DNA of 12,986 bases from Sulfurimonadaceae bacterium. GTDB taxonomy: Bacteria; Campylobacterota; Campylobacteria; Campylobacterales; Sulfurimonadaceae. How positions within the stretch are numbered: position 1 is the stretch's first letter; each line of letters begins with the position of its first letter. The stretch is from NCBI GenBank assembly GCA_041562555.1, contig JBFEXS010000066.1, positions 1-12,986 of the forward strand, written 5' to 3'. A program made the translations under genes and the position numbers. The notes under the pieces were generated by a model. The model made no database searches. It was not told where the DNA came from and was given only the letters and a program-made list of their open reading frames with translations. Shown here in pieces: positions 7,099-12,986 of this stretch.

Positions 7099-7289
7099 AA
7101 GGATAACCCATAGGGACAGACAAAAGATGGCATCCAGCCATGTAACGGGGTTCTAAACCTTGTATCGGATGGTAAGATAAGCGGTTGTCCCCGGTATAAT
7201 GGCGGAATGAAAAAGTTTATAAGTGATAGAATTAATTATAAGTTGATGAAAAGACGTTAAAATGATTTTTAAACTTTAGGGAGGATCGG

Positions 7290-8306
7290 ATGCAATATAG
7301 ATATATAGGAAAAACGGGACTCAGAGTCTCACCGATCTGTTTGGGTACGATGACATTTGGAACACAGTGTGATAAAAAAGAAGCATTCAGGATCATGGAC
7401 AAGGCTTATGACAGGGGTGTGAACTTTTTTGATACGGCTGAAATATACCCGGTACCCCCCACTGCAAAGCTTGGAGGGTTGACCGAAGAGATCGTCGGAG
7501 AATGGTTGCAAGATAAGCCAAGGGACAAGATGATCATCGCGACGAAGGTCGCCGGTGCAGCTTCGGGCTGGTTTGTCCCGCCGACACGCCATGGTATGAC
7601 AGCCATCGACAGACATCATATCACTAAAGGGATCGAAGGAAGCCTTAGACGTTTAAACACGGATTATATCGATCTGTATCAGATGCACTGGCCAGACACG
7701 GTTGTCCCGATCGAAGAGTCGATGGAAGCCTTTGATAGACTGGTTCAAGAGGGTAAGGTACGTTATTTGGGAACGTCAAATGATACTGCCTACGGAACGA
7801 CCAAGGCGAATATGACGGCACAGATGAAGGGGTATAAGCGTTTTGAGTCTATTCAAAATAATTTTTCGCTTCTGAACAGACGTTTTCTAGATGAGATGCA
7901 GGTGATGTGCGAGAGAGAAAAGATCTCGCTATTGCCTTATTCACCGTTGGCAGGGGGAGTGTTAAGCGGAAAGTATAATGCTGCTTTCACACAGGAGGGC
8001 CGCTTCTCAGCCTATATGAAATCCGAGAACCCCCGTGTCAGGGCCCAGGCTACACGGTTTGTCAATGAGAAGACCCTTTCTTCAACGGAAGAATATATGT
8101 CTATTGCAAAGGAAACAGGAATATCGGCGGTGACCTTGGCAACGGCATGGTCAAAGCAGTTCTCCTTTGTTGCCTCGACTATTATCGGGGCAACAAAGGA
8201 ATCCCAATTGGATGAGACACTGGCTGCTATGGATTTAGAGTTGAGTGAAGAAGTATTAAAGGCATGTGATGAAGTGCATAAAAACACTCTTTATCCTATG
8301 GGCTAG
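7290..8306 (+). CDS. Aldo/keto reductase, Tas-like
   Basis: GKTGLRVSPICLGTMTFG, FFDTAEIYPVPP, IATKV, SLRRLNTDYIDLYQMHWP and LLPYSPLAGGVLSGKY motifs. AGGGAGG RBS. Confidence 0.94.
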   Translation: MQYRYIGKTGLRVSPICLGTMTFGTQCDKKEAFRIMDKAYDRGVNFFDTAEIYPVPPTAKLGGLTEEIVGEWLQDKPRDKMIIATKVAGAASGWFVPPTRHGMTAIDRHHITKGIEGSLRRLNTDYIDLYQMHWPDTVVPIEESMEAFDRLVQEGKVRYLGTSNDTAYGTTKANMTAQMKGYKRFESIQNNFSLLNRRFLDEMQVMCEREKISLLPYSPLAGGVLSGKYNAAFTQEGRFSAYMKSENPRVRAQATRFVNEKTLSSTEEYMSIAKETGISAVTLATAWSKQFSFVASTIIGATKESQLDETLAAMDLELSEEVLKACDEVHKNTLYPMG

Positions 8307-8751
8307 TCTGATTTTTCTGGGGGGCTGTGCAAAACAGTACACTAAGAACGAGAGCCGTTTGATCATCATTAAATCCAAACAACTAAAATACGCAGATCTG
8401 GGCTATCTTCGCAGCAATGCTGATGAGGTTCGGGCAGATCTTTTTATTGCGGGCAAGTTGGTGGAGAGTCTTCAGGTATCGACGCTGGTATGTGTGAACG
8501 AGGGATGTCTGACAAAATCGACATTTAATGAACGTTATCTGCATCCTTCTTATCCGGACGATCTTATCTTGAATGTCTTACTGGGACGACCAATCTTTGA
8601 GAAAGCTTCATTCCAGAAGACACAAGAGGGGTTTATACAAACTCTAAAAAGTGATGAGTACAATATTGTCTATAAAATTGAAAATGGAAATATTTTCTTC
8701 AAAGACAGACAAAATCGATTGATGATAAAAATTTCAAAATTAAAAGGATAA
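8269..8751 (+). CDS. Lipoprotein of unknown function
   Basis: Signal II peptide [20 protein letters not shown] (lipobox LGGC). AAGG lies 6 nt before ATG 8269. Overlaps the reductase 3' end by 38 nt. Confidence 0.85.
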   Translation: MKCIKTLFILWASLIFLGGCAKQYTKNESRLIIIKSKQLKYADLGYLRSNADEVRADLFIAGKLVESLQVSTLVCVNEGCLTKSTFNERYLHPSYPDDLILNVLLGRPIFEKASFQKTQEGFIQTLKSDEYNIVYKIENGNIFFKDRQNRLMIKISKLKG

Positions 8752-8753
8752 GA

Positions 8754-9602
8754 GTGAGTAATAAATATGTCGGAGCGCACACCTCGGCTTCAGGGGGTGT
8801 GTTTAATGCACCAATTAATGCAAAAAACATAGGCGCGCAGGCGTTTGCACTATTTACAAAGAATCAGCGCCAATGGGTTGCCAAAGATTTGGACACGAAG
8901 ACGATAGATAAATTCAAACAGGAGCTTGAAGATGCCTGCATCTTGCCAAAACATGTGTTGCCCCATGATTCCTACCTTATAAACCTGGGGCATCCTGAGC
9001 CTGAAAAGCGTGAAAAGTCTTTGACTGCATTCATCGATGAGCTGGAACGTTGTGATCAGCTTGGTCTGGACCGGTTGAACTTTCATCCCGGTTCGCATCT
9101 GAAAAAGATCTCCGAAGATGAGTGTCTGGACGGTATAGCAGAGTCCATGAACTTTGCCATTGATAAAACCAAAAATGTAAAGTTGGTGATCGAGAACACT
9201 GCGGGTCAGGGCTCAAACCTAGGATGGAAGTTTGAGCATCTGGCACACATTATCGATAAGATAGAGGACAAGTCCCGTGTGGGAGTCTGCATCGACACCT
9301 GTCATATGTTCACGGCGGGATATGATATCCGTACAAAGGAAGCTTATGATATATCTATGGCACAATTTGGTAATATAGTGGGTTTTGAATATTTGATGGG
9401 GATGCATCTGAATGATTCCAAGCCTGACTTGGGGTCGCATGTGGACCGTCATGAGAGCATTGGGAAGGGGAAGATTGGGCTTGATGCTTTCCGATTTATC
9501 ATGAATGATGAGCGTATGGATGACATACCTTTGATTTTGGAAACGATCGATGAGAGTATCTGGAAAGAAGAGATCGAGCTTCTTTATTCACTAGAGAATT
9601 AA
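8754..9602 (+). CDS. nfo: Endonuclease IV (AP endonuclease)
   Basis: [65 protein letters not shown] and ILET metal-binding motifs. GTG start after AAGGA. Confidence 0.97.
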   Translation: MSNKYVGAHTSASGGVFNAPINAKNIGAQAFALFTKNQRQWVAKDLDTKTIDKFKQELEDACILPKHVLPHDSYLINLGHPEPEKREKSLTAFIDELERCDQLGLDRLNFHPGSHLKKISEDECLDGIAESMNFAIDKTKNVKLVIENTAGQGSNLGWKFEHLAHIIDKIEDKSRVGVCIDTCHMFTAGYDIRTKEAYDISMAQFGNIVGFEYLMGMHLNDSKPDLGSHVDRHESIGKGKIGLDAFRFIMNDERMDDIPLILETIDESIWKEEIELLYSLEN

Positions 9603-9623
9603 ATTTAATAGTTGGGAGAACAG

Positions 9624-10850
9624 ATGAAGAAAGTTGGAGTACTGTCGCTAGCTGCGACAACGGTTTTAATGGCGGGTGGATATAGTATCCCCGAGCAGTC
9701 AGTCAATGCAGTAGGGCTTTCTGGCGCTTATGTTGCTCATGCAAATGGTGCAGATGCGACCTATTACAATCCTGCGAATATGGTGTTTAATGAAGATGGT
9801 GGTTTCTTGGAGATTGATCTAACCTACATTCATTTGACAGCTATTAATGCAACAGGTACGTATGGGGGATTCCTTCCTTATGATATTGAGTCGGAAAAGG
9901 AAAACTTTATTATTCCTACAATGCATTATGTGTCGCCTGCCGTGAATGATTTCAGATTTGGTCTCTCTTTGGTGGCACCGGGTGGATTGGCAAAGCGTTG
10001 GAACGAGGCACCTGGTTCGTGGTCGGCAAAAGAGTTCAGTCTAACAACTTATGAAATCAATCCAACAGTCGCATACAAAGTGAATGATCAGTTCTCCATA
10101 GGTGTAGGACTTAGGGGTGTTTACTCATCAGGGAAGATTATTATTGATGCGACAACCGTTCCCAATCCGGCAGCAAATCCTTATTATGATTTAAAAGCCG
10201 ACGGATTTGATTTCGGATATAACTTTGCTTTGAACTACAGACCGATAAGCGAGCTTTCGCTTGCCGCTACGTATCGATCAAAGGTCGAACTTAATTTAGA
10301 TGGTGACGCGACACTGACATATCCGACAGGTGTACCTGTGGTAGGTGGTGCGACATTTGATGATTCCGGAAAGACATCTATTCCTCTTCCTGCTGTATCG
10401 AGATTGGCCGCTGCTTATACATTTAATGAGGCTACTACGGTTGAATTTGTTTATGAAAGAAACTATTGGTCGGAATATAAAAAGCTTGATATTGAATTCG
10501 GAACACATACATTATTAAACATCAATCAGGATAAAAATTGGGAAGATGCACAAGCGTATCGTTTAGGTGTTTCGCATGTATATAATTCAGATTGGACAGT
10601 GATGGCCGGTATGGTCTATGATGAGTCTCCGATCCCTGATGAATCACTTAGCTTTGAACTCCCGGGTTCAGATGGTATGGTTTATTCTGTAGGTACGCGT
10701 TATATGCTTTCTGAAGAAGTTGAGGTAGGGGCATCTTTCTTTTATCTTGACAAAAAGAGCAGAACCGTCAATCAAGCTGGCGGGATTGACGGAACCTTTA
10801 CAGATGCTGCGGCTTATTTTCTAACCCTTGGGGTTGAATACCGATTTTAA
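9624..10850 (+). CDS. FadL/OmpP1/TodX family outer-membrane hydrophobic-compound transporter
   Basis: Signal peptide from ATG 9624 (GGGAG RBS), YSIPEQS hatch segment, ADATYYNPANM (NPA motif), INPTVAYKVND, and a C-terminal YRF beta-barrel signal. Confidence 0.92.
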   Translation: MKKVGVLSLAATTVLMAGGYSIPEQSVNAVGLSGAYVAHANGADATYYNPANMVFNEDGGFLEIDLTYIHLTAINATGTYGGFLPYDIESEKENFIIPTMHYVSPAVNDFRFGLSLVAPGGLAKRWNEAPGSWSAKEFSLTTYEINPTVAYKVNDQFSIGVGLRGVYSSGKIIIDATTVPNPAANPYYDLKADGFDFGYNFALNYRPISELSLAATYRSKVELNLDGDATLTYPTGVPVVGGATFDDSGKTSIPLPAVSRLAAAYTFNEATTVEFVYERNYWSEYKKLDIEFGTHTLLNINQDKNWEDAQAYRLGVSHVYNSDWTVMAGMVYDESPIPDESLSFELPGSDGMVYSVGTRYMLSEEVEVGASFFYLDKKSRTVNQAGGIDGTFTDAAAYFLTLGVEYRF

Positions 10851-10853
10851 GAC

Positions 10854-10873
10854 CTTTGCTCTCTAGAGCAGGG
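10854..10873 (+). terminator. Hairpin just after the fadL-family stop (weak terminator or mRNA-stabilising stem)
   Basis: CTTTGCTC-tcta-GAGCAGGG forms an 8-bp stem with two G-U pairs; only a short TTCTC tail follows. Confidence 0.4.
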
Positions 10874-10968
10874 TTCTCAAGCGAGTATTGATCGTATATT
10901 CCAAGAACTTACTACAAAACTAAAAAGGATATCTCAAACTATTTTCGGTAGGCTTGAGAACAGTAATA

Positions 10969-12507
10969 ATGAACTACCCATATAAAAACTTTTATGAAAT
11001 GATCTCGTCGAATGCTAGATCCCAAGCTAAGAAAACACTTGTATTTATTAATGATGAAAAGATCAGTAATCTGGAGTTTTTACACCGCGTCGATACTTTT
11101 GCACGCTTTTTGTCTCACAGCGGTATCGGTAATGATGACAAGGTCGCATTGATAACACCAAACTCCCTGGAGTTTTTGATAACTTTTTTTGCGGTTGGTA
11201 AGGTTGGCGGGGTAGTTGTGCCTGTCAATAACATGTTAAAGGAAGAAGAGTATACCTATATTCTCAATGACGCCGAAGCGAAGATGCTTGTAACATCCAG
11301 CAAGTTTGCTGCTCAGACAGAGAAACTGCAGGAAACGACGGGGATAGAAACCACAGTCTGGATAGATGACTTGCCAAAACAAGAAGGAAAAAACTTTTTA
11401 TTTTCCGAGGTTATGGCGATTCCAAATGAAGGTGGTGATGTAAACGCCGATAAATCAATAGATGAGCTGGCGGTATTGATTTATACTTCCGGAACGACAG
11501 GGCACCCGAAAGGGGCGATGCTCTCGTACAAAAACATTTTTTCTAATCTCCACGGAGCTCAGGAGCGTTTTGATTTGAATAAAAAAGACAGGTTTATTGT
11601 CTATCTTCCGATGTTTCATTCGTTTACGCTTTCCATATCGGTCCTTGTCCCGATTTTTATCAGAGGGTCATTGATCATCATTCCTTCCGTATTGCCGTTT
11701 TCAAATATCATAAAGCAGACATTACTCAAGCGTGTAACGGTATTCTTGGGTATCCCGGATGTATATAATGCCTTGGTCCGTGCAAAATTACCGTGGTATT
11801 TCTTGTGGTTTAATTCGGTACGTGCCTTTGTATCGGGTGGTGCTGCATTGAGTGAAGACACACTGACGAAGTTCAATACAATTTTTAGTCGGGCAAAGAT
11901 GCTTGAGGGATATGGCCTTAGCGAGTGTTCGCCTGCCGTGGCCATCAACCCGGTATCCAAACAAAAACCACTGTCTATAGGATTGCCTTTAGACGGATAT
12001 GAGGTGAAGATTGTCGATGAAGAGATGGTCGAAGTACCGGTAGGTCAGGTCGGTGAACTTATTGTCAAGGGTGATTGTGTGATGATGGGATACTGGAAGC
12101 GTCCGACTGCTACGGATGAGACGATTATCAATGGATGGGTACGAACAGGTGACCTTGGGAAAGTGGATGAAGAGGGGTATATTTATATTGTAGATAGAAA
12201 AAAGGATCTGATCATTTCCAAAGGGATAAATATCTACCCACGGGAAATTGAAGAAGTTCTGTATCATCATCCTTCTATTAAGGCAGCGGCAGTGATAGGT
12301 ATTAAAGATGATCATAGCGGAGAGATACCGATTGCATATGTTGAACTTGATGAAGAACAAGAACCAGTAAGTGAATCTGATATAAAAAGCTATCTAAAAC
12401 AGCATCTTGCAAACTTTAAAATACCAAAGAGCATCTCATTTTTAGACGAATTACCTAAAAATGCTACAGGAAAAGTACTCAAACGTGTACTTAAAGAAAA
12501 ACATTAA
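10969..12507 (+). CDS. Long-chain fatty acid-CoA ligase (FadD-like AMP-binding enzyme)
   Basis: YTSGTTGHPKG, EGYGLSE, RTGDLG, IVDRKKDLII, YPREIEE and LPKNATGKVLK adenylation motifs. Start is either TTG 10954 or ATG 10969. Confidence 0.92.
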   Translation: MNYPYKNFYEMISSNARSQAKKTLVFINDEKISNLEFLHRVDTFARFLSHSGIGNDDKVALITPNSLEFLITFFAVGKVGGVVVPVNNMLKEEEYTYILNDAEAKMLVTSSKFAAQTEKLQETTGIETTVWIDDLPKQEGKNFLFSEVMAIPNEGGDVNADKSIDELAVLIYTSGTTGHPKGAMLSYKNIFSNLHGAQERFDLNKKDRFIVYLPMFHSFTLSISVLVPIFIRGSLIIIPSVLPFSNIIKQTLLKRVTVFLGIPDVYNALVRAKLPWYFLWFNSVRAFVSGGAALSEDTLTKFNTIFSRAKMLEGYGLSECSPAVAINPVSKQKPLSIGLPLDGYEVKIVDEEMVEVPVGQVGELIVKGDCVMMGYWKRPTATDETIINGWVRTGDLGKVDEEGYIYIVDRKKDLIISKGINIYPREIEEVLYHHPSIKAAAVIGIKDDHSGEIPIAYVELDEEQEPVSESDIKSYLKQHLANFKIPKSISFLDELPKNATGKVLKRVLKEKH

Positions 12508-12578
12508 AAATAAAAAAAATCAAGTTATAAGAAGCTTTCTCATACTATCTTAGATGGACTATACATGAGGAGCTTCTT

Positions 12579-12803
12579 ATGATGGTAAATGATAGACGGA
12601 GAAAAACACCTTCATATGTGGTGCCTTTTCTATATGAACTTTTAGAAATGGTGATGATATGGATAGTTTTTTCTCTCTTTGAAGGAACAGTTGATATTTC
12701 AACCTGGAGTCTTATGTCTTATGGTTTAGCCGGCTCTTGGTTTATGTATACGTTTTATAAATTAATGCGGGTATTAAACAGACAAGTGCATCATAACTGG
12801 TAA
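12579..12803 (+). CDS. Small membrane protein (74 aa, two hydrophobic segments)
   Basis: Strong GAGGAG RBS; basic N-terminus, two hydrophobic helices and a basic C-terminus. Confidence 0.75.
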   Translation: MMVNDRRRKTPSYVVPFLYELLEMVMIWIVFSLFEGTVDISTWSLMSYGLAGSWFMYTFYKLMRVLNRQVHHNW

Positions 12804-12869
12804 ATGTTACTAAAAAACCACACAAAATGGAGAAATTTCAATATTTTTCCAAATTCAGCAAAAAAACAC

Positions 12870-12898
12870 TTGACATAGGGATGAGATTTCTCTATAAT
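12870..12898 (+). promoter_or_regulatory. Consensus sigma70 promoter, probably the rRNA operon promoter
   Basis: TTGACA (12870-12875), a 17-nt spacer, then TATAAT (12893-12898). Preceded by A/T tracts (UP-element-like) and followed by a C-rich discriminator (TCCCGTCC). Confidence 0.88.
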
Positions 12899-12915
12899 TC
12901 CCGTCCACAAACACA

Positions 12916-12977
12916 GAGACCATAAGTTTTGGCTCAGTAATTAGGTTTACGAAGATGTTTGAGATCATTGAAAACTA
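12916..12977 (+). promoter_or_regulatory. rrn leader antitermination elements (boxB-like hairpin and boxA-like sequence)
   Basis: GAGaCCA-taagttt-TGGCTC hairpin (12916-12935), then GATCATTGAAAACTA (12963-12977), resembling rrn boxA (GxTCTTTGAAAACT type). The 16S gene itself would lie beyond the window. Confidence 0.65.
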
Positions 12978-12986
12978 AGTAGAAGA

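Noticed and set aside
7113..7191. Assignment of the hairpin to c-di-GMP-I riboswitch, SRP RNA or 6S RNA
   Set aside because: Its 3' half (TCTAA...GATAAGCGGTTGTCC) loosely recalls c-di-GMP-I, but the GNRA-capped stem and GACGCAAA segment are missing. There is no SRP CAGG...GGAA...AGCA motif, and it is too short for 6S.
632..9602. rnhB, ppnP, dinB and nfo as a single nucleic-acid repair island
   Set aside because: They sit in different transcription units and orientations, interleaved with unrelated genes. Proximity alone is not evidence.
405..12360. Many 60-125 aa ORFs antisense to or out of frame with recognised genes (e.g. 663-911, 1768-2145, 3310-3633, 7329-7619, 11616-11960, 11989-12360)
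   Set aside because: They overlap well-supported genes largely or entirely and show no recognisable motifs.
12900..12986. An rRNA or tRNA gene at the right edge
   Set aside because: Only promoter and leader elements are visible. No 16S 5' end (AGAGTTTGATC) or tRNA cloverleaf lies within the window.
1..12986. CRISPR arrays, IS elements, integrases, att sites or long DNA repeats
   Set aside because: None seen on reading. The repeats present are protein-level ankyrin/TPR units with diverged DNA.

Overview
Gene-dense chromosomal window from a bacterium that looks like a free-living Campylobacterota member (Sulfurimonas/Sulfurovum-like). This assignment is an inference from gene content, AAGG/GGAG ribosome-binding sites, TGn-TATAAT-type promoters and the rrn leader wording. 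Contents in order: the 5' part of a response-regulator gene; a TPR protein-rnhB-small ORF operon (minus strand); a hypothetical gene plus a rhodanese lipoprotein; DUF2461; a secreted ankyrin protein; ppnP with a coupled 41-aa membrane ORF missing from the ORF track; a Y-family polymerase (DinB-like) followed by a 69-aa basic protein; a plus-strand run of Tas-like aldo/keto reductase, lipoprotein, nfo, fadL and fadD; a small membrane protein; and a consensus sigma70 promoter with leader, probably of an rRNA operon. I see no mobile element, CRISPR array or recognisable defence system, so most of the window is housekeeping. The best leads are: a DinB with a ~46-aa insertion paired with a possibly YolD-like small protein, both apparently leaderless; a QxxLF clamp-type tail on RNase HII; a probable ATC start codon on the rhodanese lipoprotein; a lipoprotein with a LolB-like motif; and a nested hairpin between dinB and the reductase gene.
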